Shown piece after piece: positions 14,001-28,900 of a stretch of DNA of 64,000 bases. The position numbers were made by a program, and so were the translations under genes. Each line of letters begins with the position of its first letter. The first letter of the stretch is position 1. The notes under the pieces were generated by a model. The model made no database searches. It was given only the letters and a program-made list of their open reading frames with translations, and was not told the DNA's origin. The stretch comes from Fimbriosthenelais zetlandica (Eukaryota): NCBI GenBank assembly GCA_977030845.1, contig OZ365112.1, forward strand, positions 21,638,001-21,702,000. The letters run 5' to 3'.

Positions 14001-16185
14001 GTGTCTGCACTTTGAGCTAGGTCTCGGACTTTAGCCTCTACATCTGTACTATGTATGGTGGTAAGTATTATGGAAATAGTACTGCATAATATTGGTATGA
14101 GGGGAGATGGGTATAAATCACCCTGATTGTCTCTCCACCATTCGCTCCATAATAAGAACAGCTACTGCCCTTTAGTATGCCCTTTATGCAGGTATGGATT
14201 GCATACGTCCTTTTCCCTCTATATGGGTATCAACGTCAACATATTTAGCGGGCAGGTTTTTGCATCACTGTTCTTTATAAGAACAAAAAACTTCCAGAAG
14301 GTTCTTAGAATTCTTGTCTACCCATGCTATGGGGAGATACATGTAAAACCCAATCATTTGGCTCGTCATTCCTTTGCAATAAATCCCAGTGCGTACATTA
14401 ATTGACTCGTAAATCTGTTTCAGAAACTGAGTATTTAATTAATTACTTGTGCAAGAGGCAACACTCTTCACCTCATCGAAATATGTCTAGGTGTCATGTT
14501 TTTTTAATTAGCAGAAAAATCAATACAACTATGTATTATGCTATCCACACATTATACTCAATTTAATGTCAGAACACGTCAAAGTCATGAGACCTGCCTT
14601 TTCCCCGATTTCTCCTCTGTTAAAAAGACCATGATTGATACCAGTTGGCTTCTGCTAATCGAACTAATCCCCCTCTAGATTAAGATGAGGGCCTAACGAT
14701 TGCAGCCACCCACCACCTAATGTGAGACTCTGGTTAGGGCTAACAATGGATGGGAACAACAGGCAGCAGATAGCACACATGCACATCCGATTAAGATGCC
14801 CAGATAGGATGCAATGTGCTCCCATCGATCTGGCAATTTGTCTGGTAAATTGGACTTTCTCAGACCTGCTTCTTTAAGCAATCGATGGATTTATATCCCA
14901 TAGACCTTCATACTACACTAGATTACTTACCATCGACCAATGAGGATGAGATGGATTAGAGGAGTCTAGCCCTCAGGGCATACAAGGGATTCTACCTTAG
15001 TTACTGAGGCAGACATGGATAGTACAGCCATAATTATATACATTCACAAACACCTTGCCCCATCATCTATGTCCACATAATTATACTATGAACGATCTAT
15101 TAAAGGACTTGTCTCATTGAAACAGGCGAATATATGCATTCTTTTATGAAACAATGGTTTCCATGGGATAGATGATTAAGGGACCTTGATTGTACCGACA
15201 CCTCTGCCTGAGAACCTGTGCATGAAAATGCATGCAACAATGCATCTCTTATAGTCCCTCTCGATCTTATGATACCGATGTATTCATGGAAAACTCAATC
15301 TACTAGGATAATCTTTTTTTATGCTCAACCTCTAGTATTGTATTTGATACTTGAGAAGATCTAACACACCTTTACATTTGCATGGGAATTGCCTTATGAA
15401 TATGATTTTGGCTTTTCATAGAATGACAGGAACTATAACTTCAGCCTACAGTTTACATTTGCATGGCCACAGATTTGTCTAGCAGGCTCATATTTAATGT
15501 ACATTTCAGTATTATGCGTTTAAATGCCCTGTCGGCCATTTTGATTGTGTTAAACTCAGCAAGCTTGGATGTAAAATATCCAATGGGCTTGACTGATTTA
15601 TACTTCATCCAATTAATTCCCCTCATTAATTACATAATGCTTTCTAATAAAAAGCATTGGAAATTTGTTTAGAATGTACTTCATCTTTGAAGAGTGGATA
15701 TGAGTATTTAGTTTATTCTCGAGAAACGGAGATATTATATCCGAGTTATTTTCGAGTATAAGTATATATAATAAGGTACAAGCTCTATAAATCTTGTATC
15801 AGAGTATAGATGGGATATTTGTCCTCCAGAATCCTATAGCTAAATTTAAGGAACGAAAGGAAGAACCATGGAACAATGTCTTCCAATTAGGCTGAAGGAA
15901 GAGCTACGGATGGTGCCTTTTATGAGACAGCAATTGGTCTATTGTTAAAGCATCCTTTAGATATTCAACACATGTTCTGAGCTGGCTTTTGGGTCTAGTT
16001 CTCAAGTCAACACCAGGGACGCAAGTGAGGCCCATCCATAGTAGGAGGTAGACACCCCGTTCTTAGCAATGCTCGTTACATGTGCGTGATTTGCAATCAA
16101 AAGACGGCAAGATGTATACATGCTGGTGATATCTTCAGCCCACTGACAACAAGGGCGAATACGGCTTTCATCTGTCTTTTTGACT

Positions 16186-16300
16186 ATTATATTAAGGGAA
16201 TATTATAAGGTGGTGTCTGATGTCGAAAAAGGTCTTTATATCCTAGGTATATTCTTAGAGAGTGAGAGAGACGATGGTATAGCTTCACTCCTCTATGCAG
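16186..16300 (+). mobile_element. Decayed BEL/Pao-like reverse transcriptase fragment
   Basis: ORF 16180-16407 reads ILREYYKVVSDVEKGLYILGIFLESERD, resembling the BEL/Pao RT motif LLRFR..(V/A)..D(I/V)EKAFLQI.L...DRD. No YVDD motif or LTRs found, and the match is by eye only. Confidence 0.35.
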
Positions 16301-17074
16301 GCATGCCGAACTTAGAGAAAGGGGATATATGTGAACCAGACAGGCGGTCATTCAGGATAACAGACAAAGAACGATGCCTTTTCTGCATATCTACCTTCAA
16401 AATATAAAATCAATCATTACAGCCTGTATTCATATTGAAGTTGTAGTACCTGCAGGGAATAATTTATATAAAACCACCACAACAGATAATAATATATTCT
16501 TCTCTTTTCAGGATTGTTGTTCACGTTGCTGTTCATGAAGAAACTTATTCCGTGGCTTTGGCATAAAATGGATCAGATGCTATCAGAGACAGGCCATATG
16601 GGCTAAACCTCTGACCAAGGTGAGTGGATCGATTCTTATATTAAGGTTTAATAAGAGGAAATATGCATGCCCCCGATAACCCCACCTACTCACCCCATTT
16701 CATTAAGCATGAACTCGGAGGTCAAGGTGACCATTTCACGGTAAGTGATGCCTTACAGGCCAGACATCCCCTTTCATATCAACATCAATCATGCACATGC
16801 ATCTGTTGTCTGCAAAAGTCAGCTTCCGCTTCCTGCATTGCCAAAACGCCCATTATCACCACCCTTAAATCATATCACTGCAATTTAATGCAGATTGATT
16901 GGTGGATCGAAGTAAGTGAGAGTAGCAAATATGCAATACAGTTTGAATCTTCTCATAATTAAAAGGATCTGAGCTCTAGAGGAGGTGCTGAATTATAGAG
17001 ACCTCACCAAGTATCAAAACTAGTTAGATGAGAATCATTAATAATCGTCCAGATACACTCAGAGACAATTATAT

Positions 17075-19980
17075 ATATAATCATTACAGAGCAGATGCGA
17101 GCAGGTCATAAAGTTGTAGTTGTAAGGACCCGATGACGACAAAAACGTGCAAAGATAATAGTGGCACGGGTTGGGGTTGTCATGAGCCATTAAAAATATA
17201 TCTTAAGTGTTCTGAACTCGTAGGCGTGAGCAGTTTATACATTAATTTTGTGCCCTGAAGGCAACATTAGCTTAGCTTAGCTTGAGTTAGTACAGTTTTT
17301 TCTCATGGAACTTGAGCTTATTTCCGTAATTATTATTGCCAGATGGGATACTCGTAACAGGGAAGGGAGCGCAAAGTCAATGTGCAGAAGCTGGGTCGGT
17401 CATGAGCAGTTCATAACAGCTGTACTCAGTTCTGAGCAGATGTGAGCAATTCATGACTTAGTAGCCAGAAGACAGGAAACTAAGATAAATTTGAGCAAGA
17501 TGTGTCCAACATAATAGTGCCAGTCGTGGCAGTTGTCATAAGTTGTTCAAAATGTATCTAATCACTCCTGAGCAGATACGAGCAGGTCATAAAGCTTTGG
17601 CTCGAACTCAACATTGACTTAACATTAAAATGTCTCCTTATGAAACACGTCCTCATTCTGGTACATGAAGTTTCAAATGGGACAATGGGAGAGAGGGAGG
17701 TAGGGGAAGGTAATAGGCAGAATTTAGAGTGGTTATGAGCAGTTCATAATAGATATACTCACTTGTGAGCAGATGTGAGCACCTCGTGACCCAGTAGCCG
17801 GAAGGCAAGGATCCACTATGTAGAGGAAGTTAAATCCTTCACAGATAATAGTGGCAGGGGTCAGAGTTGTCATGAGCCAGTCAAAATATATCTAAATACC
17901 TCTGAGTAGGCGTGAGCAGTTCATAAAGTTGTGGGCTGAAGACAACATTAGCTTAAGATTGATTGAGGTAGCACAGCTTTTTCTCATGAAACATGAGCCT
18001 TTTTTCGTAATCATTATTGCCAGATGGGATACTCGTAACAGCGAAGGGAGCGCAAAGACAATGTGCAGAAGGTGGGGTGGTCATGAGCAGTTCATAACAG
18101 CTGTACTCAGTTCTGAGCAGATGTGAGCAATTCATGACCTAGAAGCCAGAAGACAGGGATCCAGGATAAAGATGAGCAAAATGTGTCAAACATAATAGTG
18201 GCAGTCGTGACAGTTGTCATAAGTTGTTCAAAATGTATCTAATCACTCCTGAGCAGATACGAGCAGGTCATAAAGCTTTGGCTCGAACTCAACATTGAAT
18301 TAACATTGAAATGTCTCCTTATGAAACACGTCCTCATTCTGGTACATGAAGTTTCAAATGGGACAATGGGAGAGAGGGAGGAAGGGGAAGGTAATAGGCA
18401 GAATTTAGAGTGGTTATGAGCAGTTCATAATAGATATACTCACTTGTGAGCAGATGTGAGCACCTCGTGACCCAGTAGCCGGAAGGCAAGGATCCACTAT
18501 GTAGAGGAAGTTAAATCCTTCACAGATAATAGTGGCAGGGGTCAGAGTTGTCATGAGCCAGTCAAAATATATCTAAATACCTCTGAGTAGGCGTGAGCAG
18601 TTCATAAAGTCGTGGGCTGAAGACATTAGCTTAACATTGATTGAGGTAGCACAGCTTTTTCTCATGAAACATGAGCCTATTTTCGTAATCAATATTGCCA
18701 GATGGGATACTCGTAACAGGGAAGGGAGCGCAAAGACAATGTGCAGAAGGTAGGGTGGTCATGAGCAGTTCATAACAGCTGTACTCAGTTCTGAGCAGAT
18801 GTGAGCAATTCATGACCTAGAAGCCAGAAGACAGGGATCCAGGATAAAGATGAGCAAAGTGTGTCAAACATAATAGTGGCAGTCGTGGCAGTTGTCATAA
18901 GTTGTTAAAAATGTATCTAATCACTCCTGAGCAGATACGAGCAGGTCATAAAGCTTTGGCTCGAACTCAACATTGACTTAACATTAAAATGTCTCCTTAT
19001 GAAACACGTCCTCATTCTGGTACATGAAGTTTCAAATGGGACAATGGGAGAGAGGGAGGTAGGGGAAGGTAATAGGCAGAATTTAGAGTGGTTATGAGCA
19101 GTTCATAATAGATATACTCACTTGTGAGCAGATGTGAGCACCTCGTGACCCAGTAGCCGGAAGGCAAGGATCCACTATGTAGTGGAAGTTAAATCCTTCA
19201 CAGATAATAGTGGCAGGGGTCAGAGTTGTCATGAGCCAGTCAAAATATATCTAAATACCTCTGAGTAGGCGTGAGCAGTTCATAAAGTTGTGGGCTGAAG
19301 ACAACATTAGCTTAACATTGATTGAGGTAGCACAGCTTTTTCTCATGAAACATGAGCCTATTTTCGTAATCATTATTGCCAGATGGGATACTCGTAACAG
19401 GGAAGGGAGCGCAAAGACAATGTGCAGAAGGTGGGGTGGTCATGAGCAGTTCATAACAGCTGTACTCAGTTCTGAGCAGATGTGAGCAATTCATGACCTA
19501 GAAGCCAGAAGACAGGGATCCAGGATAAAGATGAGCAAAATGTGTCAAACATAATAGTGGCAGTCGTGACAGTTGTCATAAGTTGTTCAAAATGTATCTA
19601 ATCACTCCTTAGCAGATACGAGCAGGTCATAAAGCTTTGGCTCGAACTCAACATTGACTTAACATTGAAATGTCTCCTTATGAAACACGTCCTCATTCTG
19701 GTACATGAAGTTTCAAATGGGACAATGGGAGAGAGGGAGGTAGGGGAAGGTAATAGGCAGAATTTAGAGTGGTTATGAGCAGTTCATAATAGATATACTC
19801 ACTTGTGAGCAGATGTGAGCACCTCGTGACCTAGTAGCAAGAAGTCAAGGATCCACTATGTAGAGGAAGAAAAATCGGGCAATAGTGGCAGAAGTCAGAG
19901 CTGCCCTGGGCCAGTCAAAATCTGAAGACATCTGAGTAGGCGTGAGCAGTTCATAAAGTTGTCATAAGTTATTCAAAATA
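17075..19980. repeat. Tandem array, 681-bp higher-order unit made of two diverged ~333/348-bp monomers, about 4.3 units
   Basis: AGCAGATACG recurs at 17571, 18252, 18930 and 19611 (periods 681, 678, 681). GAGCAGATGTGAGCA recurs at 17434, 17767 and 18115 (333+348). Central units are nearly identical and edge copies are diverged. Confidence 0.96.
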
Positions 19981-22900
19981 TTATATAGCAGCCCTTTCAT
20001 ACGTGAAATAGCTCTCAAAATCGAGATGTCAACGTTATATGCCTTTAAAAAACGCTCCGTTGCTCACATTCATCTAACATCACGTCCAGATTGCTGGGGT
20101 ATCTAACTGAAAGGTTGTAATCAATATTTTCTATCTGTGCAATCCATGTAGGGAGGAACCTGTAGATTGGCATCTGGGTAACTATATATCATAGTCCTCC
20201 TGGACAGGTAACATATCACCTGTCAGTAGCTACCCATGCATTGCTGCTCGGGCCCCCAACTTTGGTGTCGCTCTCTGTGCTTCCATTGGTGTCGCCCAAA
20301 CTGCAGGCGTGACCGGAATGTGTTTACACCGGGCAGAATTTGCAGCCCACCAAGTCTATCTCTCGCCCCTATTTCTGCTCCATTGATTGCTGTTAATGCC
20401 GACTCTGGTCAATTATGAATTTACCAATAACTAGCTGAATAGTTAATCTATAGCCCGGCCTTTACAAAGAGATGGATCAAATTTTCATAACTTTGTGTCA
20501 TGTATACAGACGTGATATATTACATTGAATTATGATTCCATTTCTAATTATCTGTTCAAAGATCAGGTGTTATTATCAAATACTCTTTACATCGTTTTGG
20601 GTGGAAATTTATCTCTGATTTACTTCCTTCAAGAGGTTATCTGGACTTTTTTCATTATTGTCTCTGTCAATATTCCAAACTTGCTCTTTGATGGTGACTT
20701 TCAACTCCTTGCTTTTCTCTGATACTGGCGTTTCTCACTGCATCCTCCTGGCTTTAAAGGAAGACCAGTTGGTGATTAATCCGTTCTGTTAAAAACATTC
20801 TTTTATGTAAGGTAAATACACTGGATGATTAAAAGCTCCTCTGCTGATGGAAAAATAATTAAATTCAATGCAAGCAATTTCATCAACTTCTCATTTTGGC
20901 ATAGCGCTACAGGAGTAAAAGGGAAAAAATCAGGTTTTTGCGAGTTCATTTTGGTTGCAGCCCTGAATTTTATCATCATCGGCCTCGAGGTGCCCTATTT
21001 CAAGTCTTGGATCGGATTGAGGATTTTGTCGCGATATGATGTGTTCGAGTATCATCCATGATATGAAAATTCAATATTGAATGAAAACATTTCTTCTGCC
21101 TTAAAGTTAAGAACATGATCATAGTTGACTTAGTCAAGTAGGGCTTCAGGAACCCCCCTATCCCCCACTTATTAATTAACACTTTTGACATGGTATACCT
21201 TTCAATGCAACATACTGTGATGCTCTCTAGAAGGCGTCTGGTAAATGTACATTAGCCTTATAAGTTGGACTATATTCTAGCCTACAGAGGTCCCTCTTTT
21301 CTCCAATCTCTAATGGTGCTGCTTGTTCACAGGCTGTTAGATGTCAACAAGATAGAGAAGGCCTTCTTTGATGCATGCTAATCCTTTGATACACTCCATT
21401 CCGCTCAAGTTAACCACAGCGTTTTCATCATCAAGCCGGGTTAGTGGCAACAAGATGGGATGGAAATCTGAATTTGTTGACTACAAAGTTGTGAGAGGAA
21501 GAGAAATAGCACGCAGCTAAACGCAACAAATTACAATGCACAAGTATGTAAGTAAAAGCAATATCAATGAATGGACTTAGCAGGCAAAATCTTTTGCGAT
21601 AAAGATTAAACATTGATTTCATTAGGGTTATTTGTGTCATAAATACTGGAAATATAATGACGATAATATACAAACGTGGGAAATATCTTTTCGGGTGCTT
21701 CTCACACGACCCGACACCTGCTTCCGTTGTTACGCTGGAACAGGAAGAGAGAAATAAAGTAACTTCCGGCTCAGAGAAAATGATAAAGTACCCTATTGCA
21801 TAAAACAGAAAGTCAATTGTCCTTCAGTAGAAACTTAAGACATGCACTGATTCCATTGATTTTATTTCAAAACGTATCGGTTGTCTTGATGATTTGGACA
21901 AAGACGTGCTTCTTAGCCGGTGATAATCGCATCTTGCGACATTTTATTCTATGCCATAGTCCAGTTTAGTGACTGTCGCAGTTGAGACACTAGCGCCATC
22001 GCAACTATTAGGTTATATTGTGAAGGCCCCATTACCATATTACGGTAGGGTGCACAGCATCGATGGATGGTTTTATGGAGCACATCAGGAGTGGCTACAT
22101 GAGATACAATGGATCTGATCACGTTCCCTCCCGGGAAAGAAGAGGTGTGAGGGTGTAAATTTCCTGAGGTTACATCCGGTGTCCGGTGGACTCTGACAGG
22201 TGTAGATCGGGAGCAGATCTAATAATGTAGAATGATTTTGCTTTACTTGCCTCTACACTTACATATGTACATGTATAGTCTTTCCAATCAGAGAGACTTC
22301 ATGACCGCCTAATAAGGTTGTACACAATGTCGCGCCAATATATTTCAGTTTTATTTGGAGTGTAATGAGGAAAATCAACCGTGAAGAAGCGTCAAATAGT
22401 GCTAACGTGTAATAAGCCTCTGATATTTGTCGACGAAGATAAGGAGATAGAGGAGGGGCATGCTTATCCCTGTGCTGCATCGCTTTCTAAGCCCATTTTC
22501 TGTACCGTTACGCTGATCGCTTTCTTTGCCTGGGGGCCTGGAAGACAAAGATTTGCCCACGCCAGCAACAGGGCATTCTACCAACAAAATTGTTCAATGA
22601 TCCCCCTTAAGTTCGTAACATACCATCATAACAGCAAGAACATAGATAAGAAGCCTGTTTATGATATTTGGACGGATTAAGCACTGAGAGGAACAAGGGT
22701 CGCTATATAGACTGTTCTTGGTCGGGGTAGGGCCATTCGCTAAGAGTTACCAAAGGTCTTTTTAAAAGTAGTATGAGGCCTACTCAGGACCGTAGGAAGC
22801 GCGGGGCCAGAGGGGCCAGAGAGCCCCACCTTCGCCAATAATTATCAAAAAAAAGGTGGCTGACATATTGGGCCCTAATATGGGTGATAATACTTGAGAT

Positions 22901-25900
22901 GAGGTCTAATAATGGAATCACTTACCAAACATTTGTTCTTTCTTTTCCTCACAATAATCAGTCATAAAATAAATCGTTATTTTCAAATCCACCAAACCTT
23001 ACAATTGTCTTTGATGGGGATTCCAATTGCTAATGGCTAGAACACAATCTTGGCTCTTCTTATAATAGACATAATGTACTGATCTTAGTCGGGAACATTT
23101 CGAACAAAACAGGTCTAAGACTAATAGCTCAATGGAATCTTTACCTTTAATGAAACCACTCAGATATTTACTCGTCAATCTGATGTGTGAGGCAGAGAAC
23201 GTTAAACATGACTGATCATCAGAGGCTAGGGGAGGGTTCATTAATGGGTTTGAACAGAATGGTGACTGTCACTATTGAAAGTGTGGACGAGAACAGCCGT
23301 CACCAATTACTTCAGCTCCCGACAGCCTTCGTGTCTTTTTTCATTATTATCTATACTATTTCTGGTCTGCCTTTGCAATTTCCACTGGTTTTTATTTAGT
23401 TAAACATGTTTGACTGTTAAGGCATGAGATTGACAATGGATTTCTTCTTGTACAGATGACGCAGAGTTCTTGAACATTTTGCTTTAGTTAGAATCACTCC
23501 TCTCACAACGCCACCGACAATCATTTTTTACTGCTGGGAATGAAAGTCGGGCAACTTGTCTGCCTGGTCCACTTATACAATCCCCCTGTTTATATATTAC
23601 ACTGCAACGAGACAAATACCTAGCCATCGATACACCTAGCAATACCTCTGGCGATGTTTCAATTCACGGTAAGAAATTCTGATGAAATTGAACTCAACAG
23701 AAATTCGAGCGAAATTGCTAAACAATATATTTATTAAAAAATAAGAAGACAAAATGTGCCTTGAAACGTCTAAACTCTTCATGTATGCACAAGAAAAGAC
23801 GTAGAGAAGAAGTTATAATTTCCTTCCTTTATTTTGTTTCTCAATAGTCATGTCATAGTCATAGAAAACAGGATTCATAGGAATATTGTATTTGTTCGTT
23901 TACGCTGTCAAAAGATGCCTTGGTCTAGAGTCAGAGAGATTGCGCTGTTTTATTGGTCTTAGCACCTTGCGCTTCCTGAGAGTGTCATAAACATGTGTCA
24001 CTGCATACATATTCATCAGGATTTACGATGTGATTTTTCCCTTTGCTGATTCCCTTGGTGAGAACATACTGCCTATTGATGATAATAACTTACAGATTGT
24101 TTCCGATGGATGTAGATTTTTACTGCCTTGACAATTCTGACTGGAACCTTTGCGTGTATTCTTAGGGTATGTGTCAATCATATAATCTATCTTAATGACG
24201 GATGGACTGTACATTATTTTGATTTATCACCGAGGATTATGAGGAATTGGATTAAACTGTATTACAAGTTGGAAATCAATCTTCATTGCTTTCTCTATCA
24301 TGCCAATTGTGTCTTCGGAGTAAATTCGTGAGATAAAATTATATCCCCGTCAAGCTACTCAACTACCTCTTCTACTGAAGATTATTAGACTCGGCATAAC
24401 AGTATTGAAATGAGGCTTGACCATTATAATCAACTCCTACGAATATTACTCATAAATTTGGGCATCTGAATTGAATACATTTGCCTTGTTTAGCCCCATG
24501 TTTGATGGAATGTGAGGTATTTTTATTTTTTTCAAATTACTAATTTCACAAGCTTAAAAATTGATATCTTCTTGCAAAAGTTCTCTTCAGATCTCAACTT
24601 TTGTCAAACAAAGCCTTCATCAGATCTTCTTTTTGAGAAAAACCTATTCCAATCACCAGCACTGTTGTGTTCATGATAGTGCCTCGCAGCAATGTGTTTA
24701 ACTGTATTAAATAACTGTAAAAACAGCAGTGTTGGTGCCAGCGAAAGAAATAATGCCTCCCAAGGCAACCCTAGAGGTATTTTTGGATGCACGTATTAAG
24801 AGGTGAGGGACGACTGTCCCTGTCCCTGTGTCCTAATAAATGTTCCGACCCTAAATGTAATACAACATAGGGGCCATCCATAAATTATAAAAGGGGGGCC
24901 ACGGCCCACCGACCACAGAATTTGGGGGACCAGTATGAGAGACACATTGCTAGTAGACAAATATGCCTTCATCTACATTTATATAATAGATATGCACGTA
25001 TTTATGGACATGTATTTTGGTTTGTGTACTTGTGTATTGCAATTGCCTTGCAATTCAGGGTTGTTGAAATTCAATTGTCATGTGTTTTGGTGAAGCAGAG
25101 CTATTCCAGGCGATTTCCTCAATATTATATTGAACCGTCTTTCATATAGTTCCTCATCAACAAAATGATTGGCATAATTCGTTCCAGTGAAGGACAATTA
25201 CATGGTGGATTATTTCTTCATTCTCGAGGTATGAGCACATTAGACCACTAAGCTGATATACTACGATGATATGCTTGCAACTTCAGCAGAAACCCAAGTC
25301 GCAGTCCATGTTAAGGCACCTGAATAGATTATTTATTTGTCCTCCATACCCTTCCTAACTTGGTAAATAATCTTAAATTCTAATTGTGTAGCCTTTCTGT
25401 ACTAGGGGTCAACACAACAGACAATGGTTGATAATTAAGCCTTTTAAACTTATTTATTGTTGGTTGAAACATCCTGTTCGGTTCAGTTGCACATCCCTAA
25501 GATCTTGCAATCAAAGGAAAATTGCAGTGGGGAGGGAAATGTCTCTCACTATTGAGCTAAATCTAGCCAACTCCAGTGCCTTCTTCGTCCTGGTGGACCA
25601 ATTGAATGAGATGGAGACCAGTGTGAATGGTTTGTCAGGATTTTGATGGTGGAGGTTAATACTGTAATGACCTGCTGTGTATTGTAATGGTAGGCCTGCC
25701 TGTCCCTTACCCTGACACACAACCAGCCATGGTAACTATAAAAGTCACATTCAGCCCTAGAGTAACTGGCCTTCATAAAGCTGACATGATTCTCATCCAA
25801 TCACATCTTGGACTCCACCACTAATCTGCCAGCTTAGTCTGACACCCTGACATTCTCCTATAACCTCACCTCAAACACGGCTACCTACAAGATCAAAGAG

Positions 25901-28900
25901 GTGCCCAGAGGATGCCGTTGACCTGCCGAATTCAGCTGTCAGTATGTCATAATGCTAGTGTCCTGCCTCACACCTCAGTCCCTCAATCCCCACCCCAATC
26001 TACCCCTCAGGCAACAGACAAGGCCTCCTGAATACTGTAAAGATGGCAATCCCTATATTCATGGGAGGAAATCCTTGCATATAAATCCTATTAGCCGTAA
26101 AATATTCTGTAAGGATACTTCAAGGCTTTAGTCGCTTTTTACAGTAGGAAGGGGTCCGAGTTATTGTCATAATATTTATTATAAAACGTTTAGATTAAGT
26201 CCTATACATATTATAGACTAATCCAGATGCCATATTGAACTCATAAATATTTGGTCGTATTGATGGAAAAGTCTTATTAATCTCTATAAAATTAATGTCC
26301 AGTTGACTCTTTGTATGTCTTGCCAAATCTTGCTGAGTTATGTGAAAAAAACCTTAAATTTTAACACAAAAATGGCGGCCATCTTGGATTTTGGCAATAT
26401 GCGGAATCTGCCTGTTAATAACAGTGTGATATGGATTCATGCATTATTATACACTGATCTTGACTGTATTTTAAACCGATATGTCCCTTTATGTTGCTGT
26501 TGGCAGAGTGCAGTAACAGTCATAATGTATCACAAGACACGAACTATAAGGAAATTTATTAATGCGAAAGTAGCACTCTGAACTCAATGGACAAACTGCA
26601 TTTTCACATGGCTTTTATCTTGTTATGTCATGTTTCCCATGTTCATCTTGTACTCCTGATTGCCAATTCCCACATCAGCCAGTACCTGCCACTTAACCAG
26701 GCCTGGCTTGGTGAGCACCTTCAGCTTCTCATCAGTACACGGTCACATGACCTATGGGAAAACTTGAATGGTGATCATGTGACCCCCAAGCCTCTCACGC
26801 AACTGTCTGTCATGGTCATTATGTCCATTTGATGATAGTTAGGGACTTATATAGCCGTCCTAATTGGATTTTCAATGGGTGTTGTAAAGTCCTGCTCAGT
26901 AATTGGATACTTGCCATTGTTCGAACTTTAGAGGACATTATATATTAGATAATATCAATATACGTTATGTTGACTGGTAATATATTTATTTGGATGATGT
27001 CCCCTCTATATTTGATCTACGTTGAGTGCTGGGAGGTTGGTAATGTACATAATGTACATTGAGTGAGGTAAGAGGGGATAAACCCTCTACAGTCATCAGA
27101 CCTACTAGCAGGTTATTGTAGAGTAATGCACTTTTCTTTCTGACGTCAATGCTTTAGGCCAGTATTCAGCATGACTTCTCTGTCCTCTGGCCCTGATGTG
27201 ATGCTAGATGATTTTACCTTCTAAAAAATTGAACTTTTCCCTGTTGCGTGTAGTATGTAATCACGATTCACATATAACCCTAAAAGTTCATGATGACGAT
27301 ATCAACAGATCAACAGATCAAACTCACGATGTAAGTTTTCTTATATAAATTAGAGGCGCAGAAAATTGTGAGTATACATTGTATAATGAGCCTGGTTATA
27401 TATTCATGACAATTCTTGCTGATATGTCAAGAAGAACTTAGGAATACCCTAATCATAAATGAGCAAATCGTGTGCCAAGTTTGCTGTCTTGGCTCAGCAT
27501 GGTACGCAGCTAAAGGGATTGCTTATGTTAAGGCAATTATTCCTCCAGATCTCCATATTATGACCTTGCCAATCACCTGTAGGATGTGCATTTTCTTCTG
27601 CTGAGTGAGAACCACATTCTCCCTTGTGACAGAGCTACTCTTATCTTTAGTGCGGAGGAAAGCATTGAGTGCAGCAACAAGGAGAGTTCATTGCCTTGTC
27701 ATACCAGGCCTCAGATATTGGAGGCAAAAGAGAGCAATCCAAAAGAAGGTAGAGGCCTTATGCTCTGACTTACTGTCTTGTTGTTCCCATTCTGCCCTTG
27801 TCACATGAATAGGGCCCCATTTGCTTTATTATACCTTCCTTAATGCACTCAAGTCTGGATACACCAACTATGGCTTAGTTTCTAAAGATTACCAGGGTCC
27901 AGGTCCTATAAGGATATGGCCAATGTATGGAAATATTGCTTATATCTGTCAGTTCTATTGGTAAGGCCTGAACGGGGCTGGGGACCTGTTGTCCAATCAG
28001 AGGCTGAAGGGCCCTTCCCGCGTGGCCATGGAGGCTGACATAATGGGCAAATAGTCGTTTCGTACAACAACTTCCTTTCCCTATATAAGCTTTTTCCCAA
28101 AATAGTTTTTTTTCTATTCCAAGAAATGATTAGGGTCATTTACATTTTCTCTTGCAAGGAAAAAAAATCAAAATTATCAATTAGATCATTTAGCCATACT
28201 TAGTGTATTGTCTTTTAGTCCAGTTTACTGAATGTGTAGCAAACTGTAATTCTAATTCCGATTTTGTTTGATGATGGTTACCATTCTGTTGACCAGATTA
28301 TTCGAGGATGTAGATTGCTTTATTGTGCTTGCCCGCCCCCCACCCCACCCCAACAGATCTATTTCTTCTTATGTCTTGAAAAATGACTGATTGTATTTTT
28401 GCTCTTGCCCTCGCTCTCGTTGCTTCGCAGCTGGTGTAGCATATTAATATGGAAGAACAAAGCAGCTGCCCTAACATATCGGTACATAAATGACTTGGCC
28501 TTGGCCTTTTGGTCTTTGTACAAATTCCATTCTTTTTTTAGAAATAGCCATCAATGCAGTCCTCTAGGTGTAGTAGATTCTAAGTTAAAGCATCACAGTG
28601 TATTTAACACCATTTTACCCATTTTCAAGTGTTTCTTGTGTTTGATCGCATCGCTCAAACCAATGTTAGCAATGCTGATCCAACCGCTCTCGGACAGATT
28701 GCCAAGATTACCATTCTTTTCTTTTACCGGACTTTTATCTTGTGTATTATATTTTTTGTCTTACCAACTTTTTAATTCTGCAGTGTCAGTAGCTTCACGC
28801 TCCTTATTCATTTCTCAATAAATCATCTTGGCTGAGGAACTTTCGTATTAACTGCCGGCCATAGGAGGCCTAGGGACATGAATGGAGATGCATATATATG

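Noticed and set aside
17929-19494. Repeated 60-65 aa ORFs in the track
   Set aside because: By-products of the tandem repeat; disrupted in one copy by a 3-nt deletion near the start and with no protein similarity.
17075-19980. Array considered as CRISPR or as a hammerhead retrozyme
   Set aside because: The intervening sequences are themselves repeated, not unique spacers, and there are no cas genes. CTGAAGA occurs but lacks a stem II closing onto GAAA.
28399-28821. 140-aa ORF
   Set aside because: No recognisable domain or splice context; the opposite strand looks protein-like but has several stops.
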